Below, piece by piece: positions 12,657 to 26,490 of a stretch of 64,000 nucleotides of DNA. Position 1 is the first letter of the stretch. Every line of letters begins with the position of its first letter. A model generated the notes under the pieces. That model did not search any database. It saw nothing but the letters and a program-made list of their open reading frames with translations, and was not told the DNA's origin. Source of the DNA: Psilocybe cubensis (lineage: Eukaryota); the NCBI GenBank assembly GCA_017499595.2, contig CM039000.1:3782001-3846000 (forward strand). Reading direction: 5' to 3'. Position numbers and translations under genes: made by a program.

Positions 12657-14474
12657 TAGTGACGAAGGAGCAAAGGAAAGAGAAGGGGGAGGGAGAGGGG
12701 TGCACGGGCCTCGGATGGAAGAGATATGTGTATGAGAGCAAGAGGCGACTTGGGACGGCGTGTGGCAACGTCCAAGGCCCGACTGGCAGCTCCTTGATGG
12801 CTGGCTGATGGAGGTGCTGCAGCCGTTCTGACCGTTGCAGCCGGAGGCGCGCCATGTTTTCTTTTTGATTGATTGATGCGGCTGTGTCAATATCCCCTGC
12901 TAGCAACCCTGCAACTTTGCTCGATTATCGACCACTCTTATCTCGATGGAGGACTGTGACTGCTATTAGGATCGCACTGAAGGATGGCATTGACACACAA
13001 TACGCGCTACGCCTCTCCCTCGTAGCTCAACACCCCTCAAGAGCGACACCACACACGGCGGCCACGTTCGCGCTATCCTGCGAAACCTCGGAGCGCCCGC
13101 GCTACGCGGTATTACCACTATCCCGCAATCAATCAAATATAAAGCAGAAACGCGAACGCACCTACTCCATGCCGACGGTGCATCTCCTGCCCAGCACCAC
13201 TCGTTCCTGCCTCACTATATAGCACTTTTCACTGCATTTGCATTTGCATCTCCATCTGCATCTGCATCAACATCACCACCAGCTCCACTGGCAACTTGCA
13301 AGTCGAAATTTTTCAAGTTTCAACGCTCTCAATGCACAGGCATTGTTCACATCGCTCCCGCGCCGCGTTACAATATCCAACTTATAATACCCCCCATAAA
13401 ATCTCTCGCGCGCCTCCGAACTTCTCCATGATGCTACTTCTCTACTCGATGAAGCTTTGATTATCATAGTATCAAAGCCTCAAAGGACTGATTGACGTTC
13501 ACGCATCATAACATAAACAGCGCCCCAGTACGGCGCGGCGATTGCCGAGTGCCGTTGATTCGAACGTAGCCTCCAGTTCGTCGTTACTGCACCTACTCAT
13601 GAAGCGATTCTCGTTCAAGTCTGTTTGTTGACTCCCCAGCGCGCTCACTTCAATATATAGTCGAGACGGTGAATTTCGTCTTTCACCCAAAATGTACTCT
13701 GACTTCATGATTCGCGCATGCAGGTCGAAAATGAGGTTAGGGCACCGTGACATAGGCCACTGATTCACATTCAGCCCGCTGCAGCCTATGCGAACTCAAA
13801 TGACACACTCTCAGACATAAGTACACCTGAGCCCTTTAAGAAGAAACGTAGCGCATCCATCTCTGAGCCGTATACTACTTTACATCGCGCATTTTTAGAG
13901 GACACCATTAGACCGCATTCACCACTTACAACTACTCAGACACCTACACACATTCTCTCTCAGTAATGGCGGGACACGACACGGCGACCTGGGATCCCAT
14001 TATACAGCGACACGAATCGCCCCAACCACCATCCCACCATCTCAAGTCCGTGGTGGCTGGCGTCTTATAATTACTAAAGGAAATAGGACGGCTCAGGACA
14101 GGACGGCTATGGCCGTTATTGTACATGGGGATTTTGAGAACTGTACCCTTCATTGCCCTGAAAAAGCTGGAGTGGCCGCTTTCACATTTACTCAGCGCTC
14201 ACCTTTTTTTGTTAGTATCGGTCCCGCTATCCGTTAACTTCTTCGCCGTCTTTCTTTCCGAATTCCCCGTCCCCGTTCCCGTCCCCGTCCTCCCGCTTTT
14301 CACCTCACTATTACACATGATTTTCTCCGTATTGAGTAAGCACTTACATTCTGGATTTTCGACGGCTATGCAGAAACGCCTCCAGCCTGCTGCCTGAGTA
14401 AGTTAAGCCTGAGCCCAAGTTCAAGTTGTTACGGTCAACGACGGTGCGACTCGGACTCCGGAGAGTTAGAGCTC

Positions 14475-14522
14475 CTGAAGTCTGAGATCTGAAGTCTGAA
14501 GTCTGAAGTCTGAAGTCTGAAG
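14475..14522. repeat. Heptamer tandem repeat (CTGAAGT)n
   Basis: About six near-perfect units are visible. Confidence 0.85.
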
Positions 14523-15968
14523 ATGATAGGCTAACAACACTCCTCGTTTCGGCATCTGTATGGCATATATCCGGATGTCTTGTGTCTTGGTCTGCGTATA
14601 ATGAAAGCACGACTAAGCACGAGCGAGGAGAAGACACGAGAAACACGGATCCGGGATGATATTTGAGGCGCGCACGAGCACGCAGCACGCACGAGCCACG
14701 GAGGTCCATCCGCTGAACCGTTCGGAAATTCAAAATCAAATAAAGGAAGAATAATAGTAAGATTAGATGTGTACCGATGCATGGAGTCGGAGGATAGTTC
14801 TGTATACATATAGAAAGCTAGGAGCTACTTACTTCTAGAATCCGAAACCGAAATCTCACTTGGCTGTGATATTCAGATTCTCAGAGCACCAGCGAGGGAT
14901 TCGATCCTTTTTGGTTCTCTTCTCGTCACTACAATTTCTGCTTAACCGTTCTTCTTAAGTGCCTTGTTGATTTGTTCATACGTAAGGATGATAGTCGTGA
15001 TACGGCAACTAAAGGCGCTGGGTGCTGAAATCAATCGGCGCTTATATCGTCATTTTAATTAAACTTTATACCCCTCTTTTACATCCTATCAACTTGAAGG
15101 CCAATTGCATTTTTCACCCGGAAAAACTAACAGGCATTTCAACTTTTAGTCGTTTTGATCTCTTGTCTTCTCTTGTCAACCCTTCTCAAGGGTAGCACCA
15201 AAAAGTAGCGAAAATATCTAGATGACGACAAGCCTCTCATCCTGGAGGGTCTTGACCTGTGATCAAAGTTCAACAGTTCAACGTTTCAACACTGAGTGTG
15301 GTAAGTCCTCCACCATCCACCCTCCTGTGGTACAGCTCTACTGCCTACCACTACACACTCTCCATCCCTTCACCCGGAAGCCAAGAAATCAGTTCCACCC
15401 ATCCTGTCCATCCCAAGCACCCAACTCAATTGAACGAAAAAAATTTCCGCGAATACCCACCAACCGCGCGGAAATCATTTATTAGAATTAATCCGATCCG
15501 CCTCGGAAGCAGTTTCAGCAAATTTAGCTTAATTTGTATCATTTCGCAGCCATTTTTGACCCCGCAATACTAGCCAAGATCGCCACTGGAAACAACTTGA
15601 TGAGCGGGGAGGGGGAGTTGCCTAGGGGTCAAGAATGGGGGACCTGGATGGTACAGTTTTTTTTCATCATTTAACCATGTGATGTGTGGTTAAATCACTC
15701 TTTTCACTCACTCACTCACCCCTCTCCCCCAACCACGTTCCACGGAAGTGTTCTCCCAGTTGGACATGTAAAAAGATATTTCGACACTTGCGATCGTTTT
15801 TAACCATTCTTGAGAACTCCTGTTTTTTTCTCTTCCTTTCGTGCTTTAGAATCTCCGCCGTGCCGTGAAATCGGCGGTTTATCATTCCTTTTTCCCTCCT
15901 TCCATCCCCCTCTTGCGTTCGTGTTCGTGTTCGTGTTCGCGTTCGAGAGTGTCGTCGCTTCGCGTGCT

Positions 15969-18082
15969 ATGGCGCTGCCCGTCCAATACACGCAAGAGTC
16001 GTTTAAATGGTTGTCTGTCGAGCAGGCCGTGTCGTTGCTGTATGGTGAGCAAACAATGACCCTAATTTCTCCATCATGGCCATTAACGCTCCCCTACAAA
16101 AGTATCGACATCTGTATGTGTTCTGTACGATCACGGTGCGCATCTTTCTCCTGTTAACAATAACCACCACCCCACCACCCCACCACCCCACCCCCATGGA
16201 TCATCATACTTATTTAACCATTGATCCACTTTAGCTTGTACGCTGAATGAAGAGGTGAATTCTCTGAGCTCTTCTTCCCGACACGTTCATTGTGCGCGAA
16301 TTGCGATTTGCTGACGGTGCGGTACATTGTGTTCGAAGATCGATTTTGTTTGGGTATGTCCTTCGCTGCTTCACCGTGCGCATCGCTTGCGTTGCTGATT
16401 GATAATGGTGGATCACAGCGCAGACCCAAATGGACGATGGTCCAGTTCTTCTTTTTTGTCGTGCGTTTATCGGTCTTTCCTGCACCCCCTCCCCGTCGTG
16501 ACCAGATGGTTTTCTCGTAGAATCGCTATGTCGGAGACGTCTCACAAATGTTGGTGTCCCTTTTTCACTTCGTCGTTGTGCTATGCCGCTGGCTTGTTTG
16601 GGTCGTTGATGTTTGAATGAATATACGGTACAGATACGCTGCATACTGTACGTCTAAACCGTTTTGATTTTTTCTGTTATCCCTGTTGTTGACGGTTTGG
16701 TGGGGTAGCTATGACTAAACATATCGTTCTGCGGTCCTCTGAGACCAGTGTGAGTCTTGGCTTTTCCTATCTTCCTATTTACCACAGGTTACTCAACCCA
16801 CCATTCAATTATACACCCTTTTTTTAAATCCAGAGGTGAGTTGAACCGCAAGATCCCTATGTGCCGTCATATAACACTAATCCTCGCCTATTCCATAAAC
16901 AGCTGTACGCATACACTCCCCTTGATTTCCGCCCAACGCAGGTGTCTCACGGAACTTTGTTTTTCTACATCTCTTTTTAGGTCACGTATTCAATGTCGTT
17001 TTCGGATATATGGTTACAGTCGTTCTATGCTCAATGCAAGGTGCGTTTTTGTTTCCTTTCCTTCAGGGATATGCAGCGCTCAACCATGTCTGTTTTCTGA
17101 TCAACAGGTATCATGATATACCGGGTGTCGAGTATGTACAGTCACAACCGCAAAATCATTTTTCTCTTCGCATTGGCTGCTTTCATCGAGGCCGCTTCTA
17201 TGATCGCCATACAGACCATATCAACACAAGTCGACGAACGTAAGTCCAATATATCCCAAGTCGGCCTGCGACCGTTCGGTCTTAGTACCACTGATATACT
17301 AATTATTCTGTGAACCTCTGACCCCTTTAGCCGTACCGAACCCAGCCCCTGGTGTATTCCTCTGCACGCAGAGAACGTTCCCATCCTGGATGTACATCAC
17401 CTGGATACCCATCATGATCTTTGAGATTTTGGTCCTTGGGTTATCTGTGTCTCTAGGCCTGAGGTATTATAAGACCGTTAGAACGCTGGCGACCATCCGG
17501 GTGGATCCGTCGCACAAGCCAGATTCATTGGCATACATTCTTTTGAGAGATAGTATCACCTTTCCTTTCCTGTATGCGGCCCAGTTTTGTTGGTTCCTTG
17601 GATCTTCGCTGATATAGATCTTTATGCTAGGTGTCTTGCAGCTTGCATTCTCAACCTTATCGTATGGATACACTTGCCGGTACGGTTTTTCTTCCACCCC
17701 GTCTTCGAGACCTAATATAAAATTTACCCCATCTCAAATCCAGCACGCATACATCCAACTTGCATTCGGAATCGCCTCCTTCGTCCCATGCGTCCTCGGC
17801 CCGCGCCTCATCCTCAACCTCCGCGAAGCGTACTACGAGCCGTTCAACCGCGAGTGCGACGACAGCGACCTCCAAGAATCCGGGCCACACGAATACGACC
17901 ACAGAGGGAGCGCACGGCACCCGCGGCGCCGGTTGGGGAGGTACACACGTGGGTCGACGTTGGATATGGACTCTGAGACTGTTCTGGAGGATGAGGATGG
18001 AGATGAGGATGTACGTGCGCAGTATCGCTCGGATAGTGAGGTTGGGCGATCCAAGGCTGCGCGTCAGGCGAAGCAGACGTAA
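15969..18082 (+). CDS. DUF6533-type multi-pass membrane protein
   Basis: Many small exons: CTLNEE|..RPKWTMVQFFFFV|NRYVG..|..GIMIYRVSSMY..|..WIPIMIFEILVLGLSV..LAYILLRDS..|..LGPRLILNLREAY, the characteristic basidiomycete DUF6533 pattern. Confidence 0.75.
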
Positions 18083-19118
18083 GCTTCGTGCTAAGTTCGA
18101 GAGTTAATATTATGTTGTATCTATGCGTATATGTAGTATATAAGTGCACATATAATGCTCGTTTCCGCACCTCACCGACCTCGTTATTTTTGCTAGTGGT
18201 GTACTGATGATTCGCTTTCGAATATGCTTTTTCAATTACGTTTTTTTTTATTTTTATTGGCTAGTATACGTGTTAAACATTGTCCATCACTATCACCATA
18301 CACATAGAGATACCAACCGTTTTCATTTTTCAGCTCTCCATGGTTACTTTACAATTTAGATCAGTGTACTACTCTTTCTGTGAGTTCCCATGTGAGCGCT
18401 TGAGCCCCTGAATGCCATTGAAGGTTGTTATGTAATGTTTGTTTGACTGTACGCCAAGCATCGGCTTTATCGCCATAACTCTGTTTGTAACCACCACCAC
18501 CCTCCTCCTGCTCTACAACTACCACTGCATTTTCGGTCTTTCAGCTGCCTCATATCCTGCTGCTGGGTTGATAACTTTTTGTGCACCGTGTTGCTGTATC
18601 TGCCGTTTGTGTCAGAACGATCTGACCTCCCGTTGTGTGGGAGTGCGTTGAGCACCATCGGTGTGTGGTCTTTTGCTTTTATCCACTTTTCCTCGTTTCC
18701 TTGGTGCTCAGTGAACTCCATCTTGTACGAAAGGTGTGTAACCATTTGTATGTTTTTTGACACACTCTGATACCGACACTTTGACTCCGGCATGCCATGC
18801 TTTCCAATTTGACAAAAGACATAATGGGACGAGACTTTTAGGATGGTCCTGGTTTATCATTGTTCGTTCTATATTCTATTTGGGAGTCAATGTACGCATG
18901 CCTATGATCTTCTACTAGTATTTACTGACAATACACCATTCAAGGTCTGATGAAAAGGTGTTTACCGAGCAGGAGGAACGCAAGCTTGCGTGATTGAGTT
19001 CCCAATCATACAAGTTTGTGAGCCATATTTGTTTGTTCGATTGTCCTTGGCTCTCAGGTTCATAATGATCCACATTACTGATACACTAGGAGAGCTGGAT
19101 GCAAAAACTTGTCGCCAT

Positions 19119-21000
19119 TCAATATTCCAGCTCCTCATCGCTGGGGAATTCATCTTCCAGAGAATAGAGTTCCGGGTGCTCCTCTGGCTTAGGAACGGGA
19201 TCGGCCTCTTCAACGACCTCAGCGTTGACGTGCTCGTCGTTTCCTCCCTGAACACCTTCGCCGTTGTTCTCTTGCTGTTCACTCTGTTCATCGTCCTGAT
19301 ATTCGTTGTCGAATTGTTCTGCGTCTTCTTCGCTGTCGCCCGGATCTTGACTTTCTTCGCTGTCCTGCTGTTCTTCGGCTTCATCGTCGTCTTGCTGATG
19401 ATTGCACTGACATATTTCCTCGAGTTCTAAATCTTCCGAGCTAGTGTCACCTTCCCCGTCTTCTTCCCCCTCTCTACTGCTGTATTGACTGCTCTGTAAA
19501 GTGTATTCACCGTCATCGTCGACCAGGATTTCTTCTTCGCCCCATTTTTTGTACTCATATATAGAAGTTCGGGTGGCCCAGGTCCCGGTGTCGGATTTAG
19601 TCCATATCAGCGTTTCATAGTCTGAACCCAGTCTTAGGGATTTCAGGTTGACGAATCTGTCGGAGGTAAAGAAATCCTGGGCGGCTTCTGCAAGAGATCC
19701 GATGGTGGGGTGCTTCCGATATGAAGTTACGACAACAAGTTTAAAGTGCTCTACTGTACGCGGTATCTCGTACACGCCAGTAGCTATGTCTTTGACTATG
19801 GCCTGGTATGAAAACGAAGCATGAGCATGAGCATTTCAGCGCTGAAAAGCATTCAAAGACACATACAAGGTAGTAAAACCGTTTTTTGTTAATTATCTGC
19901 TCTTGATACGTGTGATAATCATATCGGTAAGGTAAAACATTTATAGTTAGAGTTTTCACCTCGGGGAAATGGCGACAGATGAGACTGCAAAGTTGCTTGA
20001 TTCTCGCCGGTGGCCAATGTTCTATCCTGAACGTCTCCACGGTTGCTGTCCCGGCTCCGATAAAGTCAAACCAGGTTTTAACGTCTGCCTCGGTAGTGTC
20101 TTCATGCATGTAAGGAAAATGAGTGATCGTTATAGAACGCAGCGGCCGGCCGGGAATAATAGCTGGTGCATAGAATGGACGACCATGGTACTCAGATAGA
20201 AGTGGGCAGGCTGTAGGCGCGAGATTCTCAGGCGGTCGTTCGAATCCAACTTGTCTCTCCCAGGTAATCTTGGTGTATAGATATTTCAACATGGCACAGC
20301 TCTCAAGAACGGCGAAGATTTCACGGTAGGATGCCTCCCGCGTGCGCAAGCTTAACGATGTCAATTTCGCGCTGAATCCTTCGATGATGTTGGGGTGGAC
20401 TTCGTTTATTAGATAGCCCAGGGATGTTAAGCGATGTTGAGGAGTGCCCAATAGCAAGTTGCTGTCGACCACGACGAGCTCAAAGTGTAGACTGCGCAGG
20501 TTGTACAAAGTGTTTATCGCTGTAACGCCTCTATCGTCCAAGGTTGTCGCAGTGATAAGAAGCTTGGTCAAACCGGTGTACCGGGAGATAGTGGCCCAGA
20601 ACACTCGCAATGCGACGCGGTCGTACACCCGCTGAGCGACGAGCGTGGCGTTCATTGTTTCCCCGTCATTGACATATCCATCAAAGTGCCAAACACGGAC
20701 GAGCGGCGCTAGATGACTCTTCGAAAAATCGATAAGCCTTCGACGGGCCTTGTTTATCCGCGCTATAATCAAGCTCTTGTATGCGTAGCCACGGAAGTTG
20801 AGGATATGGTCCTGTTGGGGGAATAGCCGATGGACGGCGAGTTCTACTTTATAGAAGAGCTGTGGCAAGGCGCCTTTGCGGACGTATCGGTTGACATGGG
20901 GCGAGCAGAGGACGAGCAGAGTCTGGCGATCGCATTGTTTCGCTATTTCGAACCAGATATCCTCGCTGAACTGAGGTACTTGTCTCGGTGCCCACGCCAT
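19119..21000 (-). CDS. F-box-like/leucine-rich-repeat protein with acidic C-terminal tail
   Basis: N-terminal FSEDIWFEIAKQCDRQTLLVLC, then LxxLxL repeats (LTKLLI, LRSLHF, LTSLSL, LRSITI). One intron joins FYYL|AIVKDIATGVYEIP to the D/E-rich ORF 19119-19775. Confidence 0.7.
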
Positions 21001-21805
21001 CGCTGCAGATCTGCAGAGGTTGAATTAGATCACGTCTATCTTTGATTGAAATATGAAAGCTAGGATCGACTTACTGTGTAGTGAATGCCCTGATTTTGCT
21101 GGGTGCACCTTACACGTATAGCACCTGTTAAATATGGGATCCCTCTTTTTGTGCAAAGCTTGGAGATGCAACGATAAAAGTGTTGCTACCCAAGCGACTG
21201 CAATGACAATACTTCGCTCGAGATCGTGTGTAGAAACCTCCCTAGTGAGTTAAGATTTGATCAGCTTCAACTCGTGAGAGCTAGACCAGATAATAGCAGT
21301 CTCCATGGCGGAATACAATGAAAAAGGAAGGAATTGCGGCCAGAAAGGGGGGATAATGGAAACAATAGGACAACTCACATGATTTAAAAAGATGTGACGC
21401 TGATACCTTAGTCTATTACCTCCCCTTAATCGTTGGATGAATATTTTGACCATTGGCAGAAGGTTTCATGATCAACGGTGGTCAAGAAAAGATTTTACAA
21501 GACTCGAGCGAGAGATTGGCGATCCGGTGCAGAAGAGCCAAGTTGTTATATGTTGATGAGTGGAACTAATAAATAATTGCTGCTCGCTCTTTACCATGTG
21601 TATTGTCTAATTTTTGAGCATGGTACACCAAGAAGGTTAAGATGAGCTATGCGATTGGATGGCTGGAAGGTAGGGAGGGAAACCCACCCAACATGACTAC
21701 TTGTATATCGTCAAACGTTAATTAGAAATGTATATTAGACGCGCAGATGCGAGTTGAAAAAAAGCTCAAGAATGATTGTGGAGATCTAAACGAAATAAAA
21801 CACCG

Positions 21806-23561
21806 TCACCAACTTCTAGTTCTTTTCATGTACCGTGGAACTGAGGGCCCAGGGAAGACTTTGGAAACTCTGCGCATCAGCGTCCTTTGTCGGTACCAGG
21901 CCTGGAACCTCTCGATCACAGATTGGAGAGGTCGGGAGAGAGCCATACGTTCATTGGGGCTGGATTCCTGAAAGTCATTTGAGTTTCGTCAATGATTCGC
22001 AGAAAGCATAGAAACTCACCTCCGCCGAATGAGGTCTGGGTACAAACGTAGCCATTTCTGCATGTACAAGATAAGTGTAGTTCATAATGTCACGGCAAGT
22101 CAAAACACACCATTTTGAGTACTTATTTCATGAGTCCGGAGCACACTCACTGCCAGCTCAAACAATGAAGGAAGGCTAATATCACTCTAACCTCGAATAT
22201 CAAAAACTTCACTTACAAAGCCAATAAGTTATAAGTACCTTCAACAAACCAAGGAGCATCGAATCCTCAACCAAGGCAACGCGGGATGCAGGGGACTACT
22301 GAGAATGAGATCAGCACGAAGGAGTAGAACAGATGCTTACTTCGCGAAGCAGGATCCGAAGAAATAGTTCCAGCGGGTGGAAGAGATGCTGTTACATTAT
22401 CATTGATAGCCCACAGAGCATGAAAAAATAAACTCCACACCTCTTGTACATCAGTCACTGCAAATGACTCTCTAGACCAACTGCTTCTTTCTATAAGTCC
22501 CACAAGTTTGGCCCAAAATCCAGTATTACGAACAGTGAGAATGTAGTAGAATGATATCGCTGCTGGTGGTTTATCGAACAGAACATGTCTTGTCCAGTCC
22601 TGTGCACATACTGCAAACCGAATCCCTCGTAGAAACATGGCACATCTGCCATTATGTACGGCTGAATTCGAGTAGTTGTTGGCGAAGCGATGTTTATGAA
22701 ACGTCCAGCGATGATCATTATATTGTATCTCAGCTGGGTGCTCTTTTAGCCTGTGCCGGCGAGGACCAGACGTGCACACTGCCCAGCGCCTCGCTTTGTC
22801 GTGCCCAGTGATGACGTATAATGACCCGTTAGGAAATGGGGTAGCAGTACTCTCGGCATTTAGGTACTGGTACCACTGTAACGCATTCTGACGAACGTAC
22901 TCTTTGATTCGTGTGGTTGAAGCAAGATCTTCGCGAGATGCTCCCTCGGGCAGTACTAGAATCCCAGATTCGCGAGCGGTCACTGTAAAATCGAGAATTC
23001 TATGAAATGTTGTTATTAAATCATCTTCGGAAATTTGTGGTACGCACAAGGGTGACGTTGAGACTACAGACACTGTCGTTCCCTCGCTACAGAGCGCTGT
23101 GTCTGATGGAAAATGAGCAGGATTGACAACAACTTCAGATGGATCGAGAGGCGGATGCATGGGGGAGGTATTTGGAGAATATCCATATTGTTTAGGGTAT
23201 TCATTAGCTTTGAATATATTGAAGCAAGTGAGGAATTCTCCTCTACGACCAATATACCCTACATCGCCGATCTCTGCTCCTGATTCCAATAATGATTGAG
23301 GACGATTGACAGCTCCTATAGGGTCCCAAATTGGCATGCCATTTCCAAGTGTAAACAAAGAGCGACTGTAGGTCTCTGGGCCTGCTCCGAAGGTGGTTAT
23401 CCCATAACATCGACCAAATCCATGATCATTCAAATGTAATGGACTCCTGGGATGCAGGTCTGAGCCTAAAATGGGAGTTCAACGCGGTATAGTTGCCTCA
23501 TTTCTTGCGACTGACCGACGCTTGATTGGTTGGATCCAGTGTTCCTGTCTTCCAACTCCAT
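21806..23561 (-). CDS. Type A gasdermin-like protein A3
   Basis: MELEDR..|..FGRC..ETYSRSL..WDPIG..IGDVG..FNIF..SPL|..GILVLPEGASREDL..WY..PNGSLYVITGHDKARRW..CAMFLRGIRFAV..|HLFHPLE..|..VALVED..|..THEI..|..RRVSKVFPGPSVP..*; start codon tentative. Confidence 0.8.
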
Positions 23562-23959
23562 TTCCGCGCCGGCGTTATTCGTGGTCTAGGTGGTCTTAGT
23601 TGTCATTAAAGATTCAAGATAATGTTAAATTACTTACAGAGAAGAGGGGAAGAATATCAACGTTTCAACCATCCGTTTCACGTGTACTCTCCTCTCATAT
23701 ATAGAAACGGACATTTCCAGAGTATACTGGTCTAAAAATATTGCTTTGCTGTAAGTATGTCACCTCGGACTATCCTGGCATGGACAGAACGATCTTATCT
23801 GATGGAAATCTCAGAAATGATATTTTGAGACAACTAGCACTTAATCGCCTGTTCGCCTGGTATATGTTTCCCCGTTCCACAAGGGACAGGTCTGCCTTCA
23901 AATTCACCCCTGGCTCAAACTTGACGTTCTTCAGAGTTGCTCATATCTGTCCCATCTAC

Positions 23960-25699
23960 ATGATGGACCTTGGCAAATCCAGTTCCATGTCCCTAGGCAG
24001 TATAAGTGGCGTTCAGAACACTATATCACTGGCCGATAACGACAGAGAGGTTCGTGTTGGCAATGGTAGGTGCCTCAACCATTGATCCCGGGGAAATTTT
24101 GGCTGATGATCTCCTGAAACTCAGTGCTTGTTCCAGCAAGTTCCACAACACAGTAAGTCACAGCTTCACCGTATAAATTATTAACATTCATAATCGGCGT
24201 ACATCTCCCAGAGTACAGGGATCTGGTAATGTAGAGACTACCCATAACAGAAATGTTACCCAGTACATCAACGTTGCGCACTTTTACTCACCTGGTACGA
24301 TAAAAGTTGTTATCGAAGATGACATTCGTTGACAATCTGATATCAGTGATAAATGAGGTGAACGACTCCAAGGTTCACGGGGTGGGTTGAATCTCTGATG
24401 GTGCCACGTCTATGTTTTGTGAACTAAGTTGGAGATTAGGAGCCTACTGCCAGTGGAAAAGGTCTAGCTCAAAACATCATCAAGGAGATAAAGCATGAAT
24501 CTGAATCCTCTATCGATGAGCAAAAAAGAAATGTGAAGAATCCTACAATTATTTCGGAATATACGAGAGTATCCGACTATTCAAGTGAGATCACTTCCAC
24601 GTTATATGGTGTAGTCTTTCTGACAGTATTTGTCAGACATTAGTCGTAAATCGAAGTCCAACCCGAACTCGGAGCCGGAACATGCAGTAAGAATGACAAA
24701 AGCGGTGGCTATTCTTCAAACTTTTTGGCACTTGAATACCATATGACTTATTTGCTTATTTGTTAGCAAATAAAATTCCCAAAGGTTATTGAAAAAAATA
24801 TACGAACGTATATGCTCTCCCGGATGGGCGCCGCCACTTCAGATTTTAATTCGCCCTATACGATATTCCTTTGGAACCCCTACCACAATCTAAAGAAAGC
24901 TAAAGAAATGCAGGAGAGGTATTGTACCTTGGGTGACGTGGGCACATTCAATTCGAATGGATGATTTGAAGTCATGTTCAACATTTTTTTATCTAAAGAG
25001 GAGAACCGCAAGTTGCACTATTATCCTCCGAAGAATTTTGTCCAGCTGGATATTCAGCCCGACTTGAACCTCATGGAACTGCCGTATATGACAGGGGGTT
25101 GTCATAGAAGCGTGAATTTCAGCAACAAAGCAGATATTGGGTTCTTTCGTTTATTTTTCAATCGTAACATCGAGTCTAATATTGCATATAGAAATTCCAC
25201 ATTTACTTTCGAATCGATCAGTACACCAAAACACCCAGGAGGTGGGATCCTGGTTTTGCCCAAAGGCTGCTCCAAGCATTCATTATCCGATCGGCTTATG
25301 AATGTAGGCAGTAACCTCCGAAATGGATACCTTGCTACCTTTGTAGACTCGTGGTACGAACCTGACAACTATGAAGATGGCGCTCCAGTCTACGAAAATG
25401 GTTCTTTGGCCCTCATACACACTTCCTACTATCAAACCAACGTTTGGTCTGCTGCAGTTCTACGCCAAAAGAAGCACCGCCCCGGCCAATCATACGCGAA
25501 ATTGACATGTATCGACCCAGGAGCTCAGATTTACAGCTGGGAATGGGACAGTCATTCCATGGAGACTAACATAGGTTCGTCAAGCAAAAATGTGGGCGAC
25601 ATCAAATGCACTGTGGCAGTGCAGGTACTATCTCTGCACCGTCAAGGAAGGCTTAGCCGCTTCAAGGATTCTTTCGCTCGCCTTCTACGTACAGAATAG
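23960..25699 (+). pseudogene. Type B gasdermin-like gene B2 with in-frame stop
   Basis: The core reads QIKFP..YM..LWNPY..MQERYCTLGDVGTFNSNG*FEVMFNIF. TGA at 24962-24964 replaces the Gly in B1 (GGGFEV) and B3 (DGGFDV). Upstream exons encode ...VQGSGNVETTHNRNVTQYINV. Confidence 0.8.
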
Positions 25700-26027
25700 A
25701 AATACTGTACCTCTACAGCCTCTGCATCTCCAACGAAGAAACCTTGATATTTTCGAGGTTCCATTTGGCCGCATCAAGGAAATTTTCTATAACCTTCTGC
25801 ATATTAGATAAAATGCCTGTATCTGTAACGTATCCCAAGTAACGATTGGTGTGGACAATAGGCATGAATTCGATGCATTTTAAGGCAACCAAACAAAAAC
25901 TCCATCTCCGAGAGACAAGTCACCCATGTTGGAAACCATCATTTTTATGCACCGATTTTGGGAAAAACATTGCTCAGTTTTGGCGAATCTGAGGTCAATT
26001 TTTTGCATTCCACCAATGTATAGATAT

Positions 26028-26170
26028 TAGAGGAGGTCAGAGTGGACGATTCAGCGGCGTTTCAGCGACACGATTGAGTGGCGATTCTGGTCATCAGAAG
26101 CGTGGGAAGACACTGAATCGCCTCAGAATCGGAATCGCTGCAAAATCGCTGAATCGCGATTCTGCCTCTA
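26028..26170. mobile_element. Degenerate palindromic MITE-like remnant
   Basis: Ends TAGAGG.../...CCTCTA with inverted CGATTCAGCG/CGCTGAATCG blocks; no TSD recognisable. Confidence 0.45.
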
Positions 26171-26490
26171 TGAATTCAATTCAGTCTTAAATAAGAGCTT
26201 CAATCAGTGATTATTATAATGGTGAATTCATCGCTAGAAGGAAAATTTTCTTAGGGTAATTTACGGTGGGAAGCGAACAAAAGTGCCCCGGAAGGGATCG
26301 GAGTAGGATAGTATGGTTGAGTCGAGGGAATAAACATGAAAAATGATGCCAGTGTTTGATGTTGACCCGTTTGATGTATTGATGACGGATCATTCCAAGA
26401 TGATTGGCCGGACATATAATCATTAATGTGGCTGGTCCTTGCTTCCGACTTCGTCACGCTACACCCAACACATTGATAGCGGACGGTATC

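Noticed and set aside
18467-18793. Short minus-strand ORF downstream of the F-box/LRR gene
   Set aside because: No motifs, paralogue or clear splice support.
18990-19430. Very hydrophobic 146-aa ORF resembling a membrane protein
   Set aside because: It is the reverse complement of the D/E-rich tail of the F-box/LRR gene.
24075-24281. Minus-strand N/V-rich ORF between A3 and B2
   Set aside because: Plus-strand exons with valid splice sites and the SGNxxTT motif explain the region better.
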